The notes below the pieces were generated by a model. That model did no database searches and was not told the DNA's origin. It worked only from the letters and a program-made list of their open reading frames with translations. From the human T2T-CHM13v2.0 reference genome, Homo sapiens: 64,000 nt of DNA. Both the position numbers and the translations under genes were made by a program. Positions 41,226-54,900 of the stretch are shown here, one piece after another. The stretch is taken from the NCBI RefSeq assembly GCF_009914755.1, contig NC_060932.1, one strand, 5' to 3'. Positions within the stretch are counted from its first letter, which is position 1. Every line of letters begins with the position of its first letter.

Positions 41226-42468
41226 CACATCAAAATAACCTCTCTGACATAAAAGTTTAGTCCCTTGAGAGTAACATATCATAGCTCTTTTAGCAAAAGT
41301 CATAGGGTTTCAAAACTGGAAGAGATCTTGGAAACCATCTGTTCCAAACCCATAATTTAGCTTTGGAGCACATATTAGGATGGATTGGACTCTCTTGGTC
41401 AGCACAGAATGAATTGCCTATTATGCTTTGATTCAGAAAGAAAACAGGAGAGCCAGGACATAAGACAGGGAAAGGCAGGGAGAAGCCAAGGCAAAATTAA
41501 ACATTTACTAAGAGGCTTATCTGCCTAGGGGAAATGATCACACATTGTCCTAATGACCTCCCTGCTGAATACTACATGCCCCTCCTTGTCTCCTGATTTG
41601 TTTTCCCTACCCTTCTCTGTAAGTTTTTTCCATGGCACTTATTAACTTCTAACATGCCATATCGTCTCATTATTGATCATGCCCATCGTTTATCTTCTGA
41701 CTCCCGATTCAATGCTCCCTTCACTACAAGCATTTATGCCTAACTGGTTCATTACATTCATGGCAAGGGCTGAGTTTTTGCAGGCTGTATAGCATGATGT
41801 TTTAAAGCAGTGCTCATCAAACCATCTCTACTGAAGGACTCATGTTTAAATTTCTAATCGCCCATGGGCAATGTCATCCCACTGTGCATGACTAACATTT
41901 GGCCTACACCACATCCAGAATGGCCCTATACCATGTTCACTGAGATGAATCTAGTGGTCACACTCTGGATGCCAGGATAATTGCAAATTGCTATAAAATT
42001 TTCTAGTGCTTATTCTAAGCTTCTATATTATCCCATCACATATTGCTAACAGGTCATGGGACCAGCACCAGTCCTCATGTCACACTTTGAGGATCAACTA
42101 ATTTATAAGATGGACTTCAGAGTCCATTGGTCTGGGTTTGAATTCTAGCTCTACTTTTTCCTAGCAGTGTGGCTTTGAACTCATTTTCTTAACATTCTGG
42201 CTCTCAATTTCTTCTTCTGCAAAGTGGGAATACTTATAGTAGCCCCTCAGAGGGTTGTTGTAAAGGTGACATGAGTTTATGTATGTGAATGGCTGAGAAC
42301 ACTGCCTGGCAGAGTCAGTAGTCAATACATGTCAGTTCTTATTATTACCACTTGACCTTTCTCAATCTGGAACACTCCCTCCATTATCATGGTTACTGAA
42401 TTTCCCAGCCAAGTGTCACCCTGGGAGTGCAGGAGAAAGCAGCTCTCAGGGACACCTGAGGGAGAGGA

Positions 42469-42551
42469 GGGATTTGAACTTAGGCAGTCTGGAGCTAACA
42501 CCCTTGTTCTTAACCACTGTGATATACAAGATGGTTAGAGCTCCACTTAAG
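42469..42551 (+). repeat. Local direct duplication of 43374-43456 (MIR end plus unique flank)
   Basis: 83 bp with 5 mismatches. Confidence 0.93.
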
Positions 42552-43209
42552 GTGCACCTACGCAGGGCCTGGGGCCATCCTTCCTTTTACTCTCTCTTTC
42601 CCCTCAAGCAGCAGCGGGGGTTATTTTGTGCCTCCAGCAGGGAAAAGAGAGAGAATACATTGCCCTTGACTTGAATGGCTGAAAATAAAGAGACTTGACT
42701 TGATTTAGAGATTTCTGTTGATTCTCTCCATCTTTCAATGAAGCTGAAGTGAAACTCAACTTGTCCTGCAGGAGGCAAAAATGTGACTACAGTAAGAACG
42801 TATATTGTTTTCTAGAGAGTTCGAAAGTCCAGCTTTCATCCTAACTTCATTGGCATTCTCTGTCTTGAGTCAGCACTTCTTTGGGGAGAAACTTTTTGAG
42901 TTGTTAGTACTGTCCTAAGTAGGCGTTAATGCAGACATGTTCTGGGGGATGGCATTCCTCCAACCTTGATAAAAATCTATTTGTTGAATGGATTTGTGTA
43001 TATAAACCCAGCCCACTTCCTGAAGTGTATTTAATAAACACACCACTTTAACACAGTGAACATTTAGAACAGATAAAAGAGAACAGTCAAGTAATAAATG
43101 AGGAGGAAACAAATTGTTTATTAAATTTGCTTGCTTAATTTGAGTAATATTTGAGGGATGACTTGACAGCAATTACACACATATACCCATATATAGATAG
43201 CAAATCTTA

Positions 43210-43430
43210 CATAGAACATATTGCATTCTAGGCACACTGTTCTATGGTTTTATATGTTTTAACACATTTAGTTCTAAAAGCACAGAGATAATCTCTTTTC
43301 TGAGATGAGGAAACTGAGATGCAAATAGGTTAAGTGTTTCCCTAAGATCACTCAGGTACTAAGAGGCAGAACTGGGATTTGAACTCAGACAGTCTGGTGC
43401 TAACACCCTTGGTCTTAACCACTGTGTTAT
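43210..43430 (-). mobile_element. MIR SINE
   Basis: GATGAGGAAACTGAG...GGTTAAGTG...GGGATTTGAACTCAG. Confidence 0.75.
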
Positions 43431-46400
43431 ACAAGATGGTTAGAGCTCCACTTAAGATGAAAAATATCAAAAGAAGTATCACCATGTAATGGTCAGGTAA
43501 AAAGAAATTGGCCATTTGGTGAGTGTGATGTGTGGCTCTGGGTGAGTTATTTCCTGTCTCTCAACTTTGGTTTACCAATCTCATCAATGGAGAGATTTGA
43601 TGAGACAGGCCTTCAGGGCTCTTCTAGTTAGCATGCACAAGGCTTGTCTGCTCTGATTAGCACCAGAGCTCCCCTCTCCGCAGCTCTGCTTCATATGTCC
43701 CCTCTCCTCTTCCTAGGTCCTCTTCTCCCTTTGCTGGTTGTCCCCATTTATTGCCCTACGTCACTGCAACAGGTTGGAAAAAATGCTCTGAGTTGTTTCT
43801 GCATGGATGACAGTAAATCCACCAGGCACAACCCTGGGACAGATGAAAAAGCATAAGGATTCACAAATGGGACAAAAGCAAAAGACACTGACCTCTTCAT
43901 TGTGCCAACCCTCCAGCTCTAGGATGGGCACTGTCCCCACCTCTCCAGACAGATGTCATAGTAAAGTCCAGGATCAGAGGGCAATGGAAAGGTGACCTAA
44001 GGACAACCCTAAATTATAGTCCACCAAACAGCTGGGACTGTGTTTGATACACTGACACATCCTAAATGTTCAGCATAGAAACTGCTAAATCCTAGGTGCT
44101 TTTATTAAGCTATCTAGCGCCACCCCTATTCTATGCATAATTCCACCTTTACAAGGGCTATCAATATTTGTATGGAAATGGAGAGTTTAAAGGCCTTTTC
44201 ATATATATTGTTTTATATCTTTTCAATTATCTCACTTAATTCTTCCTTGGCTCTTGGCACCCTGATGAACACTCTTTACTTCCTCTTAACAATAGGAAGT
44301 ATTGTCCCTCAGCAACTGTCCCTCTGCAACAGTGAAAACCTCTTCTGTTTCCCCTTCCTCCCTGCTGAACCAGGTCAGGATTTCAATTCAATAAAGACTT
44401 TTTTCATAGTGGTATCAGGAACTCAACCCAGGCACCAAAAAGCAAAGGAGAACAGAATATCCAATGACTGTAGCAGGTAGCAGTGATGAGAAGGGCAGGA
44501 AAAACAAGATACCAAATGGATTTCGTTCTTTTCCTTGGTCAACCCAGCACTCAGAGCATTTGCAGAAATAGACGTGACTCACATGGGGATTGATCACACA
44601 GCTGAGGGGAATCCACAAGATGATCTGTCTCAGTACATACAGCAGGAGAGAAAAAACTTGGGATACTTACAGAGGCACTAATCAGAAAGAAACAGTTTGT
44701 TTTATTCATGAAGACATTAGTCATGTCCTCCTTCATGCTACCAATGGCTGACATTAGAAAATGATGGATGCTGAAAGTGAGTACAGAAGATTTTTATTAT
44801 GTAATTAGCATGAGGACTTATTTTTGTTTAAAGTCTTGCTTCAGAGTCACTTACCTACCATTCAATATTTGAAGCTCTGGTTTATTAAAAATAGGAATCA
44901 AATAATCTCTAAGAATGTCAAGCCCCCTGTTTAAGCCAGAGGTTTGGATTGGTGGTGTTATTACGTGAACTTAATTCAGTTTGTTCCTCCTTCGAAAACG
45001 AAGAGTGGATATAATGGTATATTTTATGGTGGTGTTAAGTCATGCAGACACTCATTCATACTGAATTAAGGCCCTGAAAAAAAAATGGAAGTTTGGGGTA
45101 AGGATTACTTTATGAAAGAATTACCCCAATTCTCCAGGGCTTAATCAAGTTGGCCCAGGATAAGTCTTTATTTTTGCAAGTGAATTGTTCTGCTGCAAAG
45201 GAAATTCAACAATAAGAAAGAAATTTCTCAGGTTTGTATTTGCTGGGTCCAGTCTGACAAAGAATATTCTCTTGTGAGGCGTTGATAAAGGAAAGAGAAA
45301 CTGGAATTTTCTGATGCCTATGATGAACCAGGGGCTATATGGATATAAGCTTATTTAACGCTGATAATTTTTTTACAAATGATTAAACAGATGCTCAAAG
45401 TGATTACATAACTTGCCCCAGGATCAGGTGGTTAATAATATGTGGAGTCAGCCTTTGAATCCTAGGATTGTCAGGCAGTTTCATAATCACATACTATATT
45501 CCCAGTACCCCAGTGACCGAATTGTAGTTGTCTTTTATCTTATTAAAATACTCAGCTAAATCAAAGTAATGAACACCTTGGGAGGGTATGGATGGAAAAA
45601 AGAGGAGCCGAAAACCTTCTACTCCTCTGCCTTCCCACCCAGCAAGGTACCAGCCTTGAAACCAATTTGCAGTGCATTGTCTCAGCTTCTAAACTGGGGA
45701 AACTCAGCACCAACCCAAACCCTGCTGAGCCTTCTCACTTCCCATCAGTCCTTTGCCACTGTTTCTCATTCCTTCATGACTCCTTCAAACCTTTATCACT
45801 ACTGCCTGCAGCCACCTCATCAAACTCTTCTTACCAGATCACTTTACCATCGAGACCAGCAGAAATAAAAATTTTCAGTGGTCTTCCTTGACGACCTACA
45901 TATCTATTCTTATCTGCTTCTATTCTTTCTTCCTTTTCTTTCAGCCTTAGTATGTGAGATTTCCCTCCTCACATTCATGGCTAATTCTTCCATATGTGCC
46001 TTGATCTTAACCCTCCTACCTTCAGCTCTGGGAAGTTGCTTTGTAGATATTTCCCTTTCTTGTATTTCCAACTTTTCCTTCCAGTTGCTTCCTTCTACTC
46101 TACCATTTTCCTTTCTCAAGGCTCAGTCACCATAAAAAATAGAACACTTGACACTGTGCTCTTGCTCACTCTCCAGCCTCTTACCTGCATCCCATTCACT
46201 CTCGACTTCACCTCTAATTCATTCACTATCTACTGGCTGCAACCTGACATTTGTCCCCTCCTTTTTTTCTTGTTGCTGCTGTCTGTAAAATGCCCAATGA
46301 TTTTCTTTTTTTATTTTGTCAAATCAAACAGGTGTGTTTTCATCCTTAGCCCAGCAGATCATTTTTTTCTGCATTTCAATCACTGTCATTTTTGATTCTG

Positions 46401-46969
46401 TTCTCCATGTGTGCCGTAGGCCTTCTCCTTTTTGGTCTCCCATTCCCTTGTCCACTCTTTTATTATTGGTGTTTCACAATATTTCACTGGGCTTATAGCA
46501 TCAATGATGACCTGTAGGTGGGTCACTTCCTTGTCAAGCTCTAGATTGCATGACCTGTGGTACATCTTCATCTGGATGTCCTCAGTCACTCAAACTTAAG
46601 TTGTCTAGATCAGAACATAGCAACCTACCCTCTGTTATTTTCTTTTTCAATTAGCAGTAACACCACCAACCTGGACTGCCAAGCTATTAGCCTGATAGTC
46701 AATCCAGTTGTTCTTATCTTCTTCCCATTACCTTCCAAAATCCAATAATTAGTTCCAAAATTTTATTTCATACATATTTCTTGAATCTCCTCCTTCCTCT
46801 CTGTTCTCATATGCCCTAACTATGGAATTCTTACTCTTTTGCAACAACTGTTTTAGCTGCCTTTAGACTGGCCTCCCAGTTTTCAGGTTCTCCCTCTTTA
46901 AATCAATTCTTCCTGTAGATATCAGTGTGATTCATTAAAATAAAAAGCTCGCTTTTTTATTCCATTAAA

Positions 46970-47700
46970 TTTTTTTATTCTTTTTTCTACTTCTTTATCG
47001 AAGTAGAACACATTATATCAAAATTACCCTAGTAACATTTTTTATGTGTACAGTTTGGTGATATTAAATGCATTCCTAATATTGTTCAACAGTCATCACC
47101 ATCCAGCTCCATAATTTTTTCATCTTATAAAATAAAAATTCTGTACCCAATTTAAGTAAAAACACCCCATTCTCCCCCTCAACTCCTGACAACCACAATT
47201 CTACTTTCTGTCTGTATGAATTTGACTACTTCAAGCAAAACACTTCATATAACTGGAATCATATAGTATCTGTCTTTTTGTGTCTGGCTTATTTCATCCA
47301 GAGTAATGTCTTCTAGGCTCATCCATGTTGTGGCATATGTAAGAATTTACTTTCTTTCTAACACAAAATAATATTCCATTGTACGTATAGCACATTTTGG
47401 TTGTCCTTTTAACCATTGACAGGGACTTGGGTTGCTTTCGCTTTTGGGCTATTGTGAATGATGCTTCTATGAACACAGGTGTGTTTAAAATGTCTTGGGT
47501 ATATACCCAGAACCAACTGCTGGATCATTTATTCATTTTATTTTTAATTTTTTTAGAAACTGCCATACTGTTTTCCACAGTGGCTATGCCATTTTACATT
47601 CCCAACAGCAGTGCACAAAATCCAGTGTTTCCACATCCTTACCAATGCTTGGTATTTTCTGGATTTTTTTTTTGATAGCAGCCATCCTAATGGGTGTGAT
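46970..47700 (-). mobile_element. L1MB-type 3' end
   Basis: ACCACAATTCTACTTTCTGTCTGTATGAATTTGACTACT...GGCTATTGTGAATGATGC...AGCCATCCTAATGGGTGTGA. Confidence 0.85.
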
Positions 47701-47775
47701 TAATTTTATTTTTATGGGACAAACTTTAAGCATTATTCAGGGGCATATAACATATTACACAATGTGTGAAATTGG

Positions 47776-47813
47776 CTCCTTTAAAAGGTTCTTAATTGTG
47801 CCTAGAGATTTGC
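47776..47813. repeat. 38-bp inverted repeat, partner 48915-48953
   Basis: CTCCTTTAAAAGGTTCTTAATTGTGCCTAGAGATTTGC versus GCAAATCTCTAGGCACGATTAAGAACCTTTTAAAAGGAG: 1 mismatch and 1 indel. Confidence 0.9.
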
Positions 47814-49479
47814 AATAAATGATTTGAAACTTGAAAACTGTTTAGAACAGTGATTTGTGCACAGTAAGCTTCCAATTATGTTAGTTTCTTTGAGGAGGAT
47901 GTTGATGAAGAGGATGAGGAGGATGAAGAGGATGAGGATAATAATGGTCTAGTATTTCTGCTACCACCTCACCTTCATTTTTGCCATTCTCTCTCAAGCT
48001 ACTCCAAGTGGCTCATACTTTTCTCAAAAAAAATGCTAATATTTTGCTTTGTTCTTTTTTTTACCCATGAAATTCTTAGGGCCTGATATGTCCTGCTACC
48101 CACACCTCTTTCCTCTGGCCAAATCAGCCTCCTTTATTTCTCTTTCAGAAGTGATCTTTTCCTTGAAGGGTTTCTCAAATAGTCTGTGATGGGTAAGGTT
48201 CTTTCTCAATACTCTTTGCCCTCTGTGAATATCATGTATTGAGGTGGACTATTTAGTTACATTTTTCTGCCCTCTAGACGGTGAGCTTGAGGGCTGAGAT
48301 GCTCTTTTTCAAAGATTCACCCAGGCCCCAGCATAGTGCTTGGCACAGGGTAGATTCACAATATAATCAGTTAAACAAATGGATAAAAGGCAGAATGAAA
48401 AATCCAAGGATGAGAGTATAGACTGGAAAAGTGACAGAACACTGAAAACAAGAGGCAGAGATCTGCCTTGGGACGTCCTTCAGGTGTGCAAAGACCTAGC
48501 TTTGTGACTTGAAATCACTCCAGCACTTCCCGGTTGTGTGACTTTGCTGTTAGCTTCAAGGACATGCTTTACTGAAACCTGCTTTATGCAAGCTTCATTC
48601 TTTAGTTTGCATATTCCATTTATTAGGAATCAACTATTTTTAAGGCGATACCTTCTCGACTGTCTTTAGTCACAAACACCTAAATATAAATAAGAATTAA
48701 AGGCATAGAGTGCTGGTTTCAGTGGATGTAAGGACAGATACAGGGAGATGTGTAATCATCTGAGGAGGCGTGGAGGGGAAGGGGATCTCTCCAACAGGGT
48801 AAACTGCTTCCCTCCACTCCATGGCCAATGAGAAACTGCCTTCCTCATAATATTGCTGAGGATTGGCCTTGACACTGCCTCTGTCCTAAATTACCCTCAA
48901 ATTGAAGGGAGATAGCAAATCTCTAGGCACGATTAAGAACCTTTTAAAAGGAGTAAAGTTCACAGAAAACAAAAACGGTCAACACAAAACCATAAACAGT
49001 AATGGTCAAGATTATTAATCAGCTCCTTGCCCAAGGATGGAAAGTGTGATATTTGTGCACATGCTAATCAAACTGTGCCAAAAGTTAGGCTCACAGAAGA
49101 CTTATCCTTTTGCAAAGTAAATATGAGCCATTATTGGTTATCGCCACAACCACAAAGAGTACTAAGCCAAGTACTATTGATCCAAGTAAAAGAGATAAAT
49201 CCTGAAGGACACAGTGTGCCTGGTCTTTTGCTTGGGGCAACTTCCACTCTCCAATTGCACATTTCACAGCATCTTAAAACGAACTGTGCAATGGCCCACA
49301 TGACTACAGTTGCCACTGACATGGCCAATGATAACAGCCTCTGAGAGGCTGAGGGTGAGAAGTAGGCACAGTATTGGCACGGTATGAGGAGGATGGGCTT
49401 AGGAGCCAGACAGGTCTATTTTTGCCAATATTATAGTGTTACGACCTCTTTTCCTCTCTAGTGCCTATCTACTGCCGTT

Positions 49480-50560
49480 ATCTTTGCATATGTCGAAGCT
49501 GTAGTATTAGGTGTCTATAAATTTAGAACTATTAAGTCATCTTGTTGAACTGAAAGTTTTAACATTATAAAATGATTTTTCTTTAAAAAAAACTCTGATA
49601 ATACTTTTTGCCTTAAAGTTAACTATGTGTCTATTTGAAACTGCTATGACCACATCAACTTTTTTGGTTATACATGTGATATGGCATTTCCTGTCTTTTT
49701 ATTTCCAACTTCCAACATCTTTTAAATTTTTAGTGTGTTTCATAAGCAGCATATCATTTAATCTTTTTTTTTTTCTTTTTCAAATTTTGGTTGACAGTTT
49801 CATTGAATTGGAATGAGTAGTCAATTTATATTTAATATAATTACAAATAAAATATCAAGACATTTGTGTCTTGATATTTATTTTCTACTTGCCCTATTTC
49901 TTTGGCCTTTATTCCTCTTTTCTTGCCATCTTCTGGATTAATGGAGTAAATTTTTATTATTCCATTTTATCTCCAATATCTTTTGGAGGAAATATATCTA
50001 CCTCTGAGAGGTTTGAGTTTATCACTTTAAGCTCCTACCCCAAGCAGCATCAAAATAAGGCAAATGTCTTAAGAGGAAAGCCTATTGAATGCTTGTTGCA
50101 GGATTTTTTTCCCTATAAGGATTTCATCTGCCAAATATTTCAAGAATGCAGGAGATTTTGCCCTGACTTTTCAGGATTTTATGCCTCCATGCCTCCTTGG
50201 GGCTTTTTCAGGTTCCATTATGTTCTGCTAGTCCCTATGGCTGCCAAACTTCTATGGCTTTCTCCCTCTGCCCCAACATGCCTCACTGGAGACTATTGGC
50301 CTAGGCCAATCCCCAAACCTCCCCAAGCCCAAGCTTTAGCTTGTATCCAGAATTGGCAAATACCCTCAGAGAAGAAAATGATAGAATCTCAGTTTGCCTT
50401 ATGAGCGCTCTTTTCTATAGTTCTAGGTCATCCAGTCCTCTTTGTCTCTCCAGCTTGCCAATGATTTATTTTTTTTTAACTATGACCTTTTTGTAATTTA
50501 TTATTTTTATTTTTTTCTAGTAATTTTAATAGGAGCAATGCCTGTTGCTTCTACCTTCCC
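49480..50560 (-). mobile_element. Ancient L1M internal fragments, degenerate
   Basis: GAAGCTGTAGTATTAGGTGTCTATAAATTTAGAACT...TTTTTGCCTTAAAGT is typical of the antisense L1 endonuclease region. Confidence 0.55.
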
Positions 50561-51916
50561 AGAAACTGAAGTTCTTGTTAACATTGAAATTAAACACCTG
50601 AGGTACAGGGACATATATCAGGGTTTAAGAGGACAGGGCTGGAATTAGGCTGCCTTTTCGCATTCTTCTTGGGTCTCAGGCAAGAGATTTAATTACTGGG
50701 CCTCTTTTTCTTCTCTTATAAAATGGGAATAATGACAGAACTTGTTTTGTGGGTTTTTGGGAGGATGTGCTAACATAATGAATGTAAAATATTTCACACA
50801 ATGCCTTGTACATAATAAATGATCAAAAATGTTAACTGTTATTATATAGTATTGACTATGTTAGTTAGGAACCCAAGCATCACGGTTTTGAATCAAATGC
50901 CACTTAGTACCAGTTAGAATTTGAATGACTTATTTAACTTCTTTATGGCTTTACCATCTCATTGTGAAACACCGGATTAGTAATAACGTCTCATAAGGGT
51001 TTATTTTCTAATTTTATAGTGGCTCCGGCTTGAATCATGGGGCTTGTGAGCTGGGAGCATCACTGAGATCACAATGATTTCAAATGCTGGTGTAGTTCAT
51101 GACCAAGACACATATCATGGGTCTGAAGCTGAGCTGAAGTCTCAGATAAATTTGTAACTTAATTGAACAAATAGCATCCAGGGCATTGTTCTCATTCCTA
51201 TCACATGAAAATAGATTTGCAACAATGGCATGTCAGATCAAGTTGCATATTCTAATTCTACTTCATGTTGCTAATGTTTACAGAGATGCCCGATTTTCAA
51301 ACAAGTATAAAAAATTTTATGCTCCTTAATATTATCATCTGTCAATGCTTGTTGAGATTTCTCTGTGTTTTCATATATTAGTTTTACCAACTGTTCTTCC
51401 TTGGACAAAATTGTCTTTTATCCTGAGATTATGTCTTTTCAATTACTTTTTTTTTAATTAAGAAGATCTTCCTTCATGAAATGATGCAGACAGAAGTTGT
51501 GGGGGGTTTTTTTTAATGATTTTATTTAGCTAAAATAAAATCCTGAAAAACTTATAAAAGTCTCTTAGTTAAAAAGCAAACAAAACTTTTTACTCATTCA
51601 CAGAATCTGAAAATCTGAGAACCACTCACTAGTATATATACAAATGAGTAGGCTCCTCCCAGAAGTTTATTTCTCAACTTTGGATATGTCATAACACTTC
51701 CCAAGTATCTACACATTATTGACTTCAATTTTTCTTTTATACTTCACCGCATTTTGTGAAAGAAACTACATGAAGTGGTAGTCAAAATTTCAGGAATTCT
51801 CAAAAATCATAGACTTATTAATCTTGAGTTCCAAGGATCTGCTTTTCAAACACATTGAATGTGCTCACTGTACACCCTAAGTTCTAGAAGCTCCCAGTGT
51901 GAATGTGTTCACTGAA

Positions 51917-51969
51917 TGATCACATTCAGCCTTTCCTGGCATTTAACTGAATGCAGTATATATGTGCAT
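51917..51969 (+). repeat. Local direct duplication of 53510-53562 with adjacent inverted sub-copies
   Basis: 53 bp with 6 mismatches. Inverted fragments at 51856-51875 and 51900-51911. Confidence 0.85.
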
Positions 51970-54900
51970 AGATATCTCAGACATCACATTATTGACATTT
52001 TTATACCCCTTTATTACAAATGGGAGAAACCGAGGCACAGGGGGTTAAATGTCTTGTCTGAAATTTCAATCAGTGTTGGGTTCTAAAAAAACCCCACCAC
52101 TTGGATGAATTATTAATATTTTCCAGGCAAATATGTAGTCACCTTTCTGTTCACCATGCAGGAAAAATGTAAGAGAAAGAAATAAATCTCTCCCCTTTCC
52201 CTGCATGCTTTTCCTGGGCTCCAGAAACTGTGTTACAAAATTTCCCTGTTCCTTATGGACTCCTAAATCCAAACCAGGCCCCTGCTTCATCTCCAGGCCT
52301 GGAGTGGCCCTATCACCCTCCCACCTAGCTGAAGGCTGCCAATCAAAGGTCTGGATTCTAGCACCTAGTTCTTATGGACGGTTTCAAGAGATGCACAGAA
52401 GACATTTTGTCTGGCTTGCCCTGTACCTCAATGGTCTTCTATTTTTTTTCTCTCATCAGCACAGACTGTTCATCTAGTTTGCACATACTTTGTGGTTTTT
52501 CTTCTGTGGAACTTGAAGCCACAGTAATAAAGTCAGTTTTGAAGGAAGGGGTGGATTGAATGTGACTCTTTCAATGAAGCTCAGAAGCACAGCACTTACT
52601 TGTCTCTTGATGCTGACAGCCACATTTTTCTGGAAGGACTCTCTGGCTTGCATGTGTTTTATTTATGTGGGCCTCACACGATTACATAGTCCTAATCACT
52701 GGAAGTCAACTACCACACCCTAAGTCCTAGAGGGTCCCATTTTCAGCACCATGTGAATGTAGAATTGTTGACTTTCAAACAGGAGTGTCAACATTTATTT
52801 GTTGCGATTCCCTGTCCTTGAGATAGTAAACTATTATTAAACCCATTTGGTAATAAGCCAACTGAGGCTGAACAAGATGAAGTTTCCCCACAAGATTCAA
52901 CAAATGGTAAGGGAAAAGGAGGTGTATCTCCCTTTTATTTAAATATATTTAGCAACTAACTTTTCTCAGACAAAATCTTATGTGGAAAGCCATTGATTAA
53001 ACCCACTAAATCCATTGGCATGACCCTATTTTAGAAGTTCTAATTTATTACACTTATTTTACTATAAATAAATAAAAAGATCCTTGAAGCTGTTTTGATG
53101 AAATAAATATGTGGAGTTGCAGATCTGAGATAATAATTATTTCATATTAGTCAGCTCTCAATTTGATTGTGGGTGTTTTTTTCTTGTTTTGAATTTGCAG
53201 TATCAAGTAAGTATCTACTCTCATGGGAGCATAGATGTGAAAGTTACAGTTAGGTAAGGACTTGCCTTGCAATCTCTATGCATTCTTTTGTTAAATTGAC
53301 TAAGAGCTGCAAGAGCATTGGGTCATTTTTATTCAAACTTGAATCACTAATAATATCTAGCTATGGGCCATATTTCTTTTGATGAATACCACAGCTAGAA
53401 GATCCAAAATCTACAAGCACTAAAATAAAAATATGATACTCTGGTGTTCCATGTAATGCATATACTTTTTATTGGACCACCTACACCACACTGTGATGAA
53501 AGTATGCACTGAGCACATTCAGCCTTTCCTGGCATCTAACTGAGTGCAGTGTATGTGTGTATTAGTGGTATATACACTCATTTATGCAATTTCATGCAAG
53601 CAGATGTGTATAGGCCTGAATTCCAAGAAGAAAGAATGCCAACTAAAAAACTTTCTAAATAATAATATATTTCCGTGAATTTTAACCATATGTACAGAGG
53701 TAGGGAGAGAAGCTTTATCCTAAATTCTGCTCAAAAACTGGTTCATTTAATGCAATATAACACTCTAAGAGGGTCTCCGAGATTTTATAATTTAAGTAAC
53801 ATATGTGAGTGTGCATGTTATTATAGTTTTTAAAAATGGTAATTATGTAATCGATTGTTGAGTCAAATATTGTGAAGCTTCCAACACACCCCCCAGAGAA
53901 TTTTTTCCTGTTGTCTCTACCTCCCTACTTATTTTGGCTCTTGTCTGCTTCACATTTCACATCTTCTATAATGGTCTCCTCTCTGTATCCTCACCATAGC
54001 AAACCCTTTCTCCCACCCAAAGGCCTTTGCATTCATTGTTTTCTCCAACTGACTACTTCTTTCTTAATTTTTAGTTCCCCAGTCAAATATTATTTCTTCA
54101 ATGGAGGAAGCCTTCCCACTAATGTATTACTCCTTCCAAAGCAGCCTTTCCTCCTTCAGCCACTGCCCGTCACATCACCGTATTATTTTATAAGATTCTT
54201 CTCATAACTTTGCTTTTTTTACTTATTTATTGTCTGCTTTTCCCCACTTTCTAGAACACTGTGCAAAAATAGAGGCACTGTCTGGTTGATTATATACCTC
54301 ATTTGCCAGTCCTGGTAAATTGGACTGTCTGAGCACACACCTATTGTTATAATTATTATTACTGTTTTGATTCTTAAAAGTGTCCCATTTGGGACAATAA
54401 TTTTTTTTGCTGGAATTAATGAATGCATATGAACCCTGTGATTCTTTGAGAAGCAGTTTACCAACTGTTTGTATACAGAATATGTCTTGGATTGGAAATT
54501 GTAAATCCTTTGTTCCGGTTCCAAATCCAGTCATTTAGTAGGTATAATATCCCTAGATGATCCGCAAGGCAGGTACAAGCTTTAACAGGCAACATCCCCA
54601 AATAATCTTTATTAGCACGCATTCTAGTATATCAGACCAATAACCGAATATTTTCAGACAAAACGATTCCGTCTCTAGAGATTTGCAAAGAAGTTCAAAG
54701 TTAGTTAATAGTCTAAAGTTTTCATTGGCACAGGGGCAGGTTTTGGCTTACAATAAGAAAAATTACGAGAACCATGCAAACCTCCTGAGTCAGTGAGCAC
54801 CTGTTGCTGGAAACACACAACCAACTCCCCAGTGTATTCCCATGGAAAGAGTGCTGAGTTGTAAAATCCGATCTTAACTTATCAGTTAATACCTGGAATA

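Noticed and set aside
49871-50404. Longest ORF in the track (177 aa)
   Set aside because: Non-ATG start, F/L/I-rich, lies in T-rich degenerate L1-like sequence, no recognisable domain.
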